Shown one piece after another: positions 21,765-34,174 of a stretch of DNA of 64,000 nucleotides (within the stretch, counting starts at the first letter, position 1; every line of letters begins with the position of its first letter). The notes beneath the pieces were generated by a model. That model ran no database searches and was not told where the DNA came from. It saw only the letters and a list, made by a program, of their open reading frames with translations. The stretch lies in the NCBI GenBank assembly GCA_020137815.1, contig CM035350.1:62001-126000 (forward strand). The letters run 5' to 3'. Source of the stretch: Hormiphora californensis. Lineage: Eukaryota; Animalia; Ctenophora. A program made the translations under genes and the position numbers.

Positions 21765-24700
21765 AGTTTAGTTTAGGCTTATTAAACCTCCTATTATGAA
21801 CTGGAAATGTTCTGAGATCCTTAATTATCGATATGGCCTGTTGCCGGATTTCAATATCTTCGTGAGCTGTAGATAAATACAGTTATTAGATTTGTTTATA
21901 ACACGAACAATAAGGATTGAGGATCATTTCTATATACACCTTAATATTATGATGAACTACTGCAATTTCTTACCCAGCATTCCTATCAATATATTAGTTG
22001 GGTGCCCGAAGTAGGGGTTATTCTGTAAGGATTTTTGTACGGCCTTCATTTGGTTGTTATTCCGGATACCTCTAGCTAAGTCTAGGGCCTTTAAAAGGTG
22101 GGCGGATCCTTCTTCTATTCTCCACTTGTACATTACTCCGGAAAACATCTGCAGCAAAAGAAAGCAATGTAATAATAGCATATAAAGTTCGCAGTATTAA
22201 TTAATTAATATTTAAAGTAGTAGTAGCTGTAGTAGTGGCAAAGGAACTATAATCTTACCTTGGCATAGTAGCCAACAACGAACGTTGCAAGATCCCGAGC
22301 TGCTGTATAGTCCGGGTCCGACTTATCCATGGTGATGTACAACCGGATCAGTCTAGTTCCGAGGTTCATCCACCGGGCTGTGTGAACCACGCCTATCGCT
22401 TGTTTTCCTAAACTCGCTGGGAAATCTAGGGCATCTGCAGTAGGTAGAAGGTTGTGTTATTTTAGGGCCGGTTCGCCAGATGGAGAGATAGAGAGGTGAG
22501 AGAGAGGGAGATACATTGAGTGAGTGAAGGAGTGAGATTACAAACCTTGTGTGACATAGTGGCACATTTTCAGTAATTTCTGTGCATCTTGATTTAATGT
22601 TTTCAAGACCACATCTGGCATCAGTGGGAAGTCCACTGCTATCGGTTCAAAATCCCTCCGAACAGGAATTCCATGCAGCTGATGTTGAGCATCATTGCAT
22701 ATCCTCTTACCAACAGTTCCAGGGTAAGAATCCGGGCCATCTGCTGGTTTGTCCAGTAGTTCAAAAACTGCCCTACAATTAAAGAAAAACATTGTTATAA
22801 ACAAATCAGAATTATCGATCTGACATATTGATTTAGGTAAAACTGTAAATCTGTTCACTGCGAAACTTAGTGAAAAATGAAGCAATTTACCTTGGATTCA
22901 GCTCAAACTGATGTAGCAAACAAACTGACCACTGTAGCTGCTTCTTTCCAACCGATGTCTGGAGCTCGGTCATGAAACCTTTGTGAATACCTACAGAGAG
23001 GAGTGAGGTATTAATTCAGCACTGACGTTGGTGGGATCCGATTAATTTAAATAATCAGAATATGGAAACTAGTACTAACCTGTGTTAACAGAGGTTCCAT
23101 CACCACCAACTACTCTTACGTTCGACAGATCCAATCCAAGACTCTCCAAATAGTTAGCCAGCTCTATCGCAATTTTTCTACCTGCATAATGGAGTTGAGT
23201 TAACTTCAAATACGAACTGTGCAACTGTATTAAATCAAAACAAACATATACATAGTTAAAACTAATTTGTAAAATGTGTTAGTCTAGAAAAGGAATGTAA
23301 CCTACCAGTAATGCTCTCTTCCTTTTCTAATCTCTTCTGAGCCTCGGTTGCTTTCCCTCTTTTCTTTTTACTGATCTTTTTCTTCAGTGGTGCTCTCTTG
23401 TATTGGCCGGCTTGGGTACTGCCCATCCACAGTATAACCTCTCTACGTTCCCCTTGTCATCCCCAGCATACACTACTACCGTAACATGCGTCTCTGGTGT
23501 ATGTTCTATACGCCCTCTATTATCCTCTTTATTAAGTACAGCTGTTCTCCTATCTTCCTTGCAGTCAGCAAAAATACCTAAATATTGTTGTCTTATTACC
23601 GGCAAGAACGATACAAGCTCATAGTGCTATAATAAAGCCGAATCAAACTAGAACTAGCATTCCCCCACCTGCAGTAGTTTCACTTACCATAAACTTGTTT
23701 TCCTGCTAGTGACTTCACTGCTCCTGTACTTGCGAACTCCATGGCACGCCTCATCTTGTCCGATGTAATAACTTCGTAGTACGGATCTCCGTTAGCTTGG
23801 GCATCCGTCCTGCGGAGTTCTGTGCAGAATTGGGCCGCGTTCTCAGGACTATTTTCAAATCTTAAAGCTACTTCGGCAACCTTAGCATAATATTTGTAGT
23901 TATGTTTAGGAATTCTAAATAAACGTCGCTTAGTAGTTGGTGTGTAAGATTTATTGTCAAGTCTGTCATTGTCACTGTCACTGTCACTGTCACTACTATC
24001 CTGATCAGAGAGATAAATATAATCAGCGTCGCAGGCAGGTTCATTATCACGGTCATCAACAATATCTGCCACCTTGATAATTGCAATTGGAAAGGGTGGT
24101 TATGACTATGAGTGTATACTATATCAGATGTACTAATAAACTAAGAATTCATGATGATAATGTACAACTTACATCGCTAACATATGATCGAACAGGTCGA
24201 ACAGGTCTGAGTCGACTCAGTCGGGTGCTCGTAGGTGCATTATCATTCTCAACTGCTTTGGTGGAACCGGAGGCAAGCTGGTCTTCTTCCTTTATAGCAA
24301 GAAAATGTGCGAGGACGTTCCGAGAAGTTAAAGCAATGTGGGGCTGGTTAATATCGATTTTAGCAGAGCCAATAAACTCGTTGAGGGATCCAAAAGTCAT
24401 CGAGATAGTCAAGCGAATAATGATATCATGATACGAGTTGGGAAAAGGTAGTCTCTTTCTCAAAACACGTGATTTGTCACGTGTTTTAAGACAATCCCGG
24501 CTCAAAGCGGTCGGGATTGGGAACATCCTACTCGATCTACTGATTGAGATTTACTAACTAGGTACTTCCTCTTTCAGATCTCTTCCTGTTGCTCGGACCA
24601 CACTTTAAGTCCAGGTCTTGTTTCAGGAAACACCGCTAAATTAGTAGCCTGCTCTTGCATTTGGATCAATGGAACCAGTGTCTGTATATCTTTTCAGAAT

Positions 24701-25569
24701 TCCAATATAATATTTCCAATCTCTCTCCCTCTCTCAGGGTTTAACCATTCCATTTCTCTCTGGGTGACGCGCTCGTGTGTAAGATCGCGAGCACTACTAA
24801 TTGGGTTGGGGGAGAGAGCACGTGACATGATCACGTGACAGTGTATCATAGTGTCAGCAGTGGAACGCAGCGCACAGTCAAGTTCATTTAGGAGCACGGT
24901 TACACCTGAAGACATGCTCGTAGATCAAAAATTTTGACAGATTCGGAATCAGCGTTAAAAATTCCATCTAGTAAGATGAGGTACAAAAAATTGATTTTTA
25001 AATCCAACACCCTAGAGGAGTGAAATCAAAATGGGACTTTCATCATCATTATCATCATCAATAAACATTTAATATCCCGCTTTATAGCATATTGGTAAGA
25101 TTAGAGGTGAGGAGTGAAATCAAAATGGGACTTTGTCAAAGTCACTTTGACCAATACCAACAGTCCAATGGTCATCCCTTGGTTTTTTTAAGTCTATTCC
25201 TTTTTGTCAGATTACGCGGCTGGCTCGCGGAGCGTCGTGCGAAGCGAGGGTTACGAAAATAATTGAAGGGATAATTGTCGTCTATTCTTCGTCTCTTATA
25301 ATGGGGCGGCATGGTTATTGGTTGTTTCCTCTCTTATACTACTGCATGCTCTAAATAGGGAGATATAAATTTATTAGAAGATACGTGGGTGTTTTTAGGT
25401 AACACTTCCAGGTGGAAGATAAATACCAAATATTCGCCAAAGACAACGAACATTTAAAATTTAAATATATGTAGTGTAAAACGAGTCATTTTGGTTCAAA
25501 AAGGTATAAATTTGTTTGTTGAACATGTAATTCTTATACAACTAAAACAATAACATTTATATTTATTTG

Positions 25570-27501
25570 TTATTTTGAAAAGGAGATGCTATAACTGCCA
25601 TCTAAAATGATAAATTTGGGAACACACTTGGGATCGACAGTTATTTTGTTTTCGGAAAATCGACTATCATATTTAATGTGCAGTTTAGGATTACAACGTT
25701 CTTTCACAGAAACTAGTTCGAGAAATATTCCAGTTATTTTATTACAATTACTGATACAAAGTTCCTTCAGTTTCTCCAAATGATTAATGATAAATGCTAG
25801 CTCACTGTCCTGGATGTCTGATCGCGATAGTGTAAGGCTCGTCAAGGATTTACAAAATGACAGAGAAACAATGTTCCTTCCACTCGCAGAGATTTTGAGT
25901 TTTCGAACTCTTGACATCAGACGAAACGCATCGTTGCCTGGATTATCATTGTCTGTACCAGGGCAAATGAGCTCAATATCCATACGGTGAATCTTTGGGC
26001 ACATCTCCATTATTTCTGGCAGACATCTTTTCATAGAAAACCGGAAACCACTACAAGACAACTCCTTTAGATTTGGCGTTCGAGCTAAAAGAGTCAAAAA
26101 CTTCGAGGACAAGTCGGGATCACTCCTTATAAAGACATCCCATACAGACAATCGGGTCAACTTAGGAAAATCTGGAAGTCGGTGGAGATTTTCGTTAATT
26201 AGAAACGTGAAGGGAATCGTCAGTTGTTCCAGAGTCTTGCTAAAAGAAAGCAGGATTTCCATTATCGTCTGGCTGTCAACTTTTCTGCAATTGTCAGTGA
26301 AAGATATCCACTCGATAGGATTTCCGTACAGCATTTTAGCAATTGACTTTCCTGTCATATTTGCACAGCCGTGAAAGCCAAATAACGCAAGTTTGGGCAT
26401 TCTGGACAGCAAGTATCCTAAAGATTTTTCCTCCAGACTCTCACATTCCAAGATGTCAAGATACTTCAAGTTTTTGAAATATGGTAAAGGATTAGGGCCG
26501 ATCAGGAAAGATCCTCTGATGAATAACCGCTCCAATGTTTCTGACACATTGCCAAAGATTTTGTTCAATACCAAAGGTGATTTTCTTCGGTAAGGTAAGG
26601 GTAATAACTTTCCATCGAAATTTTTTAGAGGAGAAAGGTTTAGGTAAAGTTCACGAAGTGGATGTTTCTTTAAACTGCTGGCAAGACAGTCCTCTGAGTT
26701 GAAATTTGCATCTCCTAATTCGAGCTTCTGAAGGAATGGCTGGTTTGAAATGATTTGGCAAAACCGATCCTCGGCACAATTTTGGTTCCAAAGGTTGTTT
26801 ATATCAAGACTCTCGAGTGTTCTGGGCAAGTAAACAGCTGCAGCGTGTGCCAAAGCTATGGACATTGTACGACACCGCAAGCGCAGCGACTTCAAATGTG
26901 TTATCGTGTTTAGAGCCATTAAGTTCTCCATCGAAATGTCGCATTCAACGTCATCGACAACTTCTTTAAAGGTGTTAAGAGCCTCCTCTATAACCTCATC
27001 TTCACAAGTGATGGTTTTACAAAAATTATTGTAACGTATCGGTGGAGAGATGGCTTCATCAGATACGAATCGAAATCGAACCGACCGCAGAGCGTCTCTG
27101 GACAGGTTGAACCATAGCTTGCAGACCTTGCTACATTTCAGCAACTCAAGAGGGTCAAGAAAGGTAAAAATGTGAAGAATAACTTCGTCTGGTAGCTGAT
27201 GAAGACTCGATTCTCCCTTAACCATCCTTTCTGTCGTGAACTCTGCAAATCGATGTTTACTCTGTTGAGACTCTGCTTGGTCGTCGACACTGGAAGCAGT
27301 CCTGGATTTCCGTGAAAGCAACAATGCTAATAACAGTTCAGACCAAGTTCTGGAAACAGCACGACAGTTCAGGAGATCAGGTAAGTCCAGATAGCGAAAA
27401 ATGAACAGGAGAACTTCGCCGGGTAGATAATTGAAGGGAGACTTGTTCAATCGAGGCCTTTTACTGAGTGGCTCGGTATTTTCTTCATCATCTTTTGACA
27501 T
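25570..27501 (-). CDS. Intronless double F-box + LRR protein, paralog 2, 643 aa
   Basis: Same architecture as 16447-18345; N-terminus nearly identical, LRR region diverged. Confidence 0.92.
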   Translation of the reverse strand: MSKDDEENTEPLSKRPRLNKSPFNYLPGEVLLFIFRYLDLPDLLNCRAVSRTWSELLLALLLSRKSRTASSVDDQAESQQSKHRFAEFTTERMVKGESSLHQLPDEVILHIFTFLDPLELLKCSKVCKLWFNLSRDALRSVRFRFVSDEAISPPIRYNNFCKTITCEDEVIEEALNTFKEVVDDVECDISMENLMALNTITHLKSLRLRCRTMSIALAHAAAVYLPRTLESLDINNLWNQNCAEDRFCQIISNQPFLQKLELGDANFNSEDCLASSLKKHPLRELYLNLSPLKNFDGKLLPLPYRRKSPLVLNKIFGNVSETLERLFIRGSFLIGPNPLPYFKNLKYLDILECESLEEKSLGYLLSRMPKLALFGFHGCANMTGKSIAKMLYGNPIEWISFTDNCRKVDSQTIMEILLSFSKTLEQLTIPFTFLINENLHRLPDFPKLTRLSVWDVFIRSDPDLSSKFLTLLARTPNLKELSCSGFRFSMKRCLPEIMEMCPKIHRMDIELICPGTDNDNPGNDAFRLMSRVRKLKISASGRNIVSLSFCKSLTSLTLSRSDIQDSELAFIINHLEKLKELCISNCNKITGIFLELVSVKERCNPKLHIKYDSRFSENKITVDPKCVPKFIILDGSYSISFSK

Positions 27502-27572
27502 GCTCTAAAGAGGGAAATAAAACTTGAGGTGAGGAATGAAATCAAAATGGGACTTTGTATGTAAATGTAATA

Positions 27573-27744
27573 CAGTCGGACCCCGATTTAGGGCCCCCCG
27601 ATTTAGTGGCACCCCGATTTAGGGACAGGATTTTTTCCCCCCGATATAGGAAATTAACCTTATTTGACCCCGATTTAGTGGACACCCCGATTTAGTGGAC
27701 AAGAGCCTTTCCCCCGAGGGTGTCCCTAAATCGGGGTCCGACTG
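27573..27744. mobile_element. Short pogo-like MITE (same family as 19627-21012)
   Basis: TIR cagtcggaccccgattta, TA flanks. Confidence 0.9.
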
Positions 27745-27779
27745 TATATCGTTTTATTAAAACTCTATATTTGTAAATT

Positions 27780-27831
27780 TAGTCCAAAAACCAATCAAAT
27801 ATCTATCTCTCTCTCTCTCTCTCTCTCACAC

Positions 27832-27898
<67 letters not shown>

Positions 27899-28460
27899 CT
27901 CTCTCACTGTTTCTTTCACAATATCTTCCTTTTTTCTCTCTCCTCTTATTTATCTCTCTGTCTTTCTTGATTATATCTCACCCTTTCTATCCTAATTTAC
28001 TTTGCCTTTATCTCTCTCGATATCCATCATTTATGACAGTTATAGCCTAAAGGTGTTACCTCCGTGACACCACATGGGCCCGGGCATCCAAACTAATTTA
28101 TTTAATTGGTTTTTGGACTAAATTTCTGTTCTTTTTGGCGTAAAATAGAAAAAGCTATTTTTTCGGAACTTTTCCTGATTTCTGCATATTTTCGAATTTG
28201 AATAATTCATAAATATGCGAATAACGACTAAACGGTGAGAGATACGACTTTTTGTCAGGGGGACGACCCCCCATAAATCGACTATTCTTCGCTGGAATAT
28301 GTCCATGAAAACGTTCTAGGACCATCCGAAGTGGAAATATTAAGAATATGCATTAAATCATGAATCGGTGCATAAATATGCAAATAACGGCTTAACGGTG
28401 CGAGATGAAGATTTTTTTCCCGAGTAAGACCCCCCATAAATTACTATTTTGCGTCGAAAT
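27780..28460. repeat. Dispersed repeat with (CT)n, duplicated at ~36620-37290
   Basis: Near-identical sequence from the CT microsatellite through gcctaaaggtgttacc..ggact and into the ~162-bp units. Confidence 0.8.
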
Positions 28461-30798
28461 ATGTCCATGAGAACGTTCTAAAACTAGTTAATACCAATAT
28501 ATTCATTAAATTTTACATAATTTATGCATAATTTATGACTTCCCATACTCAAATCAAGATTTTATATAGCCTATTACACGTAGAATAGTCGATTTATGGG
28601 GGGTCTTCCCCGGGACAAAAAGCTCTAAATCCAGCCGTTTTCGCTCTAAGTGTTTTGCAAAAAGGTGGTGCGTATGTATCAGAGTAAGCGTTTGGGACCC
28701 CCTCGTAACTATTGAACGGAACCATCGATCCACTTGAAATTTTGAAGACTAATAGATATCATTGAGGTTGCTTTACATACAAAATTTCAGCTCTTAGCTT
28801 GTCGGGAACATGGTTTAATAAGCGCTCAAAAAGGGCGATAGTCGCATCCGTATGGTATACTGCCGAAGTGAAAATATTGAAAATATGCATAAAATCATGA
28901 ATAGGTGCGTAAATATGCAAATGACGGCTTAACGATGCGAGATAGAGATTTTTTGTCCCGAGTAAGACCCCCCATATCAATAAGCTCAACTTCATCATCC
29001 AAGGCATCGAAATCCATAACATTTTCACTGTCTTTATCATGGTACTTCCTGAACAATTTTTCCCAGCCGTGTTCCCTAATTTCTGGCTTTCTCTCTTTTA
29101 TGTTGATCTCACATTTTAAGCCTTTTGATGCCTGCAAACACGGTGTACCCTCGAACAATCTTTTGATCGCCCAAGTTTTCCAGGGCCATTAATACCCTAT
29201 AATTCCAGTATTCTATCGCTCTTGTCTGAGCTTCATTTAAGTTCTCCCAATACCTCCGCTCAGCTCTTATCAAATCGCCTTGTTCTTCCTCCCACGTCCT
29301 TGCTATCACCGGTATATATTCCATTCTAGCTATGCAATTATTTAGTTAGTGTGTGTTTGTTGGGGGGGTTCAACCTAAAAATTTCCATTTCCATTTGCCA
29401 AAATCCGGGTATCGATGGAAATTTTTAGAATTTTTTAGAAATTTTTAGAAGTTTTTAGTACTAAAAATTTCCAAAAATTTCTAAAAATTTCCAAAAATTT
29501 CCATCAATTTCCAAAAATTTCCAAAAATTTCCAAAAATTTCCATTGACCAAGAAAAGAAAAACTAACAAAAACATGAAAATATACAAACACAGTTGTCGC
29601 AGAACTGGTTACTTTTCCTTACCTCTTGTGAGCACTGAGCATCAATAAATCATTTAATAATAGGTCAAAAACATCGAGATCATATATTGTTTGGCAATCC
29701 GTACAATTTCTTCAGAAATCATAGATTCATTGGCCAACTAAGGCCAACTAAGGGCGTCTCGAAAACTTATTGAAAAGTAAGTTACCAAATAGCACAAGAT
29801 ACCTTACATTCCTTCGGACGGAATGCCTAATACCGTAGTAGATCGGGTTTCTTAGCATACAAAATAGAAACTTTAAACTCTTTTTTAAGCTAGATCACTG
29901 TAGATCATGGATGTAGCTTGTATAACTAACTTACTGTCGAAAACATGCAAAGATTACCTGTCATTAGCTTACAATTGGGTTACCGAAAAACTTCTAAAAA
30001 CTTCTAAAAATTTCTAAAAATTTCCATTTACTTTGTTACCTTCCGTTTGGTCCCAGTTTGAGACGAACCAGACATCGTACGACCTTAAACCAAGCGGCAT
30101 TCGACAGATAATTGTCTCGTGCATGTACCCATCTGGGTGGCGACTCTCCACCTTACCTATGACGCGCGCAATGACGTCACGAGTGACGTCATTGCGCGAG
30201 ACCGACTAACTTTTTTCAAACGCCTCTAGCACCCTGAAGACGTGTTCCGATTTCTGATTTGACGAAAAATCGTTACCGGCAAATCGTCTGAACTTTCAGA
30301 TACTATATAGCGAATTTTCGTAGCTTATCATTTTGAGCCCTTAAATCGCGTCGGAAGTCAAAAATTTGACGAAAAATTCAGCAAATTGAACGTTTTTCGA
30401 ATAAAAACTCCCTTTCCTGACCACTGTGGTCAATGAAACTTTACAAGCTCCTTTGGGGTATTGATTAAAAATATATCGTGATGCAATTACGTCGTTACGA
30501 CGTCACTAATTACGTCAAATGACGTCATTATGACGTCTAAAATACGATTTTCACAGAAATACGTCTCGTTTCTCATATAACGCATCATTTCGACAATATT
30601 ACATCATGAAATAATGTCATGCTGCGATTAGAAACCAAAAAGGGACCTAAATTAAGCCAAAACTAATTGAAATTAGTTGGCGGGAAAGGTGACCCACTTA
30701 CACCTTTGCCTGCTGCCGGGATCAGGGATTTAAGAGTTGAATATAATGGAATAAGACAGTGAAAGAGAGTGTGATAGAGTGAGAGAGAGGGAGAGAGA

Positions 30799-30876
<78 letters not shown>

Positions 30877-31050
30877 CTGGCTTGGCTGGCTGGCTGGAAA
30901 ATTTAATGGTGGACAATACAGCAATGAAAAATAAATAAATATTAAACATACTGAGTCCCGCCCCGTGCGAAGAGATCGATACTCGTAAAGATTGACATAT
31001 AAAACAGGAAGATGATCTCCACAAGCTTGTGGGGCAAAATTTGGTGAGTT

Positions 31051-32019
31051 CTAGATGCACTCTATTACACCTTTTCTCAAAATATACTTTCTCTCTGGGT
31101 GCTCGTGTCTCAGTTCGTTAAGAGTTTTAATGGATTTCCTCCTTTCAACCCTCTCTTCAAAACTCCTGTCAGGCTCGATATAAACACGGCTATAACTGCC
31201 AGACTTTCTCAACTCACGCGCCTTCCTCAAAAGAACAAGGAGACTGTCTCTAGACTGCAATGTCACTTTAACAGGCCTAACCTTACCCTCAACTTTTGAT
31301 CCCAACCTGATACAGCTGTCCAGAAGTGGCTTCTCATTCAGTTCCTCTAACAAAGACGTAACCGTGGCATCCACAGTACCTCCAGCAGGTTCCTCGGGCA
31401 GCCCAAAAATCATCAGATTCTTGGAGCGGTCCTCTTGGTCAGCTCTTGGGACTGATGCTTTACTGACAGCTTTCTGAATTTTCATCGGAGCAAGTGCAGC
31501 ACTACAGTTCTGCGTCAAGATAGCTGAGTAGCTCTTCAGGTCACTCTGTACAGTCTTCGTCAAAGCTGCAGACTCCACATTTCGAATTTCATCTTTCAGC
31601 TGGATAACTTGATCTTGAAGATCAATTATCCTTCGGTGGGTATCAGCCAGCTCCTTCTGTAGGCTGTTCCTCTCGTCCTCCCCATCAACACTGGAAGTTG
31701 ACGGTCTCCTACTCCCCAGGGGGAATGCAAGATCAAAAAGTAGATTGCATGACTCCGCCAGAAAATACGCAAGATTATTCTTCATGTACTTCCTCCCATT
31801 AAAGAATTCAATACTGATATCAGGAACAGGCATTCCTCTACTTATCAGATCGTGCAGCTCATCTGGAGTATACTTATTCATTGAACCAGGCGATGTGTTG
31901 TCACGAATCATGTTATACAACTTTGTAACTTTGTCAGGGGCAGGGTCTTGGGGATTCCACTTCATCATGATGTAACGGTGATCCTCGAACGGTGAGACAG
32001 TTGCAAGCAGAGATAACAA
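31051..32019 (-). CDS. LINE ORF1-like protein (coiled coil + RRM/CTD), no ORF2
   Basis: Coiled coil, then DRSKNLMIFGLPEE, RLGSKVEGKVRPVKVTL, VYIEPDRSFEER, typical of L2/CR1-clade ORF1. Stop is followed by non-coding DNA. Confidence 0.8.
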   Translation of the reverse strand: MLSLLATVSPFEDHRYIMMKWNPQDPAPDKVTKLYNMIRDNTSPGSMNKYTPDELHDLISRGMPVPDISIEFFNGRKYMKNNLAYFLAESCNLLFDLAFPLGSRRPSTSSVDGEDERNSLQKELADTHRRIIDLQDQVIQLKDEIRNVESAALTKTVQSDLKSYSAILTQNCSAALAPMKIQKAVSKASVPRADQEDRSKNLMIFGLPEEPAGGTVDATVTSLLEELNEKPLLDSCIRLGSKVEGKVRPVKVTLQSRDSLLVLLRKARELRKSGSYSRVYIEPDRSFEERVERRKSIKTLNELRHEHPERKYILRKGVIECI

Positions 32020-32062
32020 TCAGAGCGATAAAAATCATTCGCAGCAACAGCAATGTGATCTG

Positions 32063-32099
<37 letters not shown>

Positions 32100-33101
32100 A
32101 GAGAATGAGAGAGGGAGAGATAGGGACAGGGAGACAGGGAGGAGAGAGAGAGGGATAGAACGAACAAGAATAAGTTACCCTCGAAAAATATGAGATTGAG
32201 ATACCGAGGGATAGAATGAGAGTTTGTGGTGATACCCGGCAGGAGCAAAAGATGTAAGTGGGTCACCTTTCCCGCCAACTAATTTCAATTAGTTTTGGCT
32301 TAATAGTTATCAATTAATTATACCAAAACTAATTGAAATTAGTAGGCCGGAAAGGTTGCCCTATGATCTGAGCTACCTTTGCCACCGTAACATTCACGGG
32401 GTACAGACAGGGTATAACAGATGCTTCTTCTATCTTCAAAAGGGAATGTACTGGTGCCAAAGGTAGCTCATTCGGAAAAGCAAACATGATTGATTCAGAT
32501 AAAGATTCGAGAAAATTTTCTCGGTTGGTACAGTAGACTGTGGTACCTGGGACCACTTCTTGCTCTGGGTAGGTAGATATGATGTAAAAATAGTATCGGG
32601 CGAGGGGGGTTTGATGGGGAATACCCGTCACACTCACCGGGGTTTCGTGGAGAGGGCCAGCCGGGACCACAGCAGATGGAACAAAGAAATGAAAATGAAA
32701 ATGAACTTCAACATTTATAATAGAGTCATATAAGTGACTCTACCCGCTCTCACACTATAGACATATGCAAACAAGTCATACATATCCTACAAGGCTGAGA
32801 GGCTTAGATCAGGGGGCCAACAGGCAAGAGATATTGGACTGGGTATGATTCTCGACCCTCAAGGTGGTTTCCGAGGGCAAATGGTGCGAGCCGAGTATAA
32901 AGGGAGGCGGAGAGACGTATCCCTTTGGCCTATGCTACAGTTGATTAGATACACGTTTCATACCCACCAATTATTATTATTATTATTATTATATCTAAAA
33001 TGTATACATTACATATACTGCCCCTTTTTTGTGGGCAAAACGGATAGCCATTAATAAGTCCCATTAGAAGTCTCTTCAGTGCACATGTCACTGATTAGAA
33101 G

Positions 33102-34127
33102 TCAGCCACATTTAATTACCCCCCTGCTAACCCAATATCGTCCATTCGGATTGTCTCGCCTCAGTCCTTTCACTGTATCAACGAGAGTTTTCCGTTCTCG
33201 CTGTTCCTCCGGTGTTAGGTCGGGGGAAAGAAACACCGAGGAAAATTTCTCTGAATCCCGGAGCTGCTTTGCTTTCCTGAGAAGCTGCAACAAGGTTTCC
33301 CTCCTTTCAAGGGTAACGATTACTGGTCTTGGTCGGTTATCAGTCTTTTCGCCGACTCGCTTTGTGGAAGTTATGACTGGTTTTTCATTCAGCTCTGTAA
33401 AAATATCTCGAACTTCATGCTCAGTGGTTCTTGCAGTAGTTTCTGGTAGCCCAAACAAAACCAAATTCAGCTTTCGATCAGGAGTTGCTTCTTCTGTTGT
33501 ACCGCCTGTGGGAAGGGGCACTGACGCTTTCTTCCATGCTGCTTGGAGGCGGGATGGTGCAATAGCCGCTGAGCAGTTCTGGACAAGTACTTTGGAGTAG
33601 CCCTGCAATTGCTTCTGAACAGACTCCGACACCGAATTGAGTTTCTGACCTTGTACTTCAATCAAACTTTTTTGTGCTTCAATCAGCTTCTCTTGTAACT
33701 CAATCCTTGATACCCGATGTTTATCAACCTCTTCCTTGAATGAGCCAAGCTCTTTTTGTACCTCCTTGAGTTTCCGATTACACTCCTCTAGTTCCCGACG
33801 TTCTTTCATACGGGCAGTTTCATCGTTATTTTTCATACATTGTCCAGCTTCCCTCGCTATCAGAAGAATATGACGGCAGAGTTTCTTGGTGAAGGCCATG
33901 AACTGATCTCCATCATAATTTCTTGGAGCGTAGTCTACTGGCAGTGATCGACTGGAATCCAAGAATAACATTCGCAGCTTTTCATCCACCTGATAGTGAC
34001 TCGGTTTGGTTCCATTCCTGATTAACAAAACGTCTCTTACTGCATAACGAAGTAGTTCCATCACCGAGGGATCAACACATTTCAGTGGATCGGCATCTGC
34101 ATCAGAGGTCTTGAGTTTCTCCGTCAT
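33102..34127 (-). CDS. LINE ORF1-like protein, 341 aa
   Basis: Coiled coil, DRKLNLVLFGLPE, RVGEKTDNRPRPVIVTL, VFLSPDLTPEEQRERK. Homologous to 31051-32019 (shared QNCSAAxAP). Confidence 0.85.
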   Translation of the reverse strand: MTEKLKTSDADADPLKCVDPSVMELLRYAVRDVLLIRNGTKPSHYQVDEKLRMLFLDSSRSLPVDYAPRNYDGDQFMAFTKKLCRHILLIAREAGQCMKNNDETARMKERRELEECNRKLKEVQKELGSFKEEVDKHRVSRIELQEKLIEAQKSLIEVQGQKLNSVSESVQKQLQGYSKVLVQNCSAAIAPSRLQAAWKKASVPLPTGGTTEEATPDRKLNLVLFGLPETTARTTEHEVRDIFTELNEKPVITSTKRVGEKTDNRPRPVIVTLERRETLLQLLRKAKQLRDSEKFSSVFLSPDLTPEEQRERKTLVDTVKGLRRDNPNGRYWVSRGVIKCG

Positions 34128-34174
34128 AACTTCTGCCTGCCCCTACGGGCGGTCTCAACATCCTGAGGACATAT

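Larger units (their letters stand above)
18988..24400 (-). pseudogene. Intron-containing hATm transposase interrupted by a nested insertion
   Basis: Motifs VVGGDGTSVNTG (~23085-23115), QWSVCLLHQFELNP (~22895-22935), SLQNNPYFGHPTNILIGML, FNKPKLN|FNA, EPP, VPCHSQHVERNVALTS. Start position uncertain. Confidence 0.8.
18383..25014 (-). mobile_element. hAT (hATm-type) DNA transposon, 6.6 kb including nested inserts
   Basis: ~250-bp TIRs starting TAGGGTGTTGG. Perfect 8-bp TSD gaggagtg at 18375-18382 and 25015-25022. Empty-site equivalent upstream of the paralog at ~27525-27555. Confidence 0.93.
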
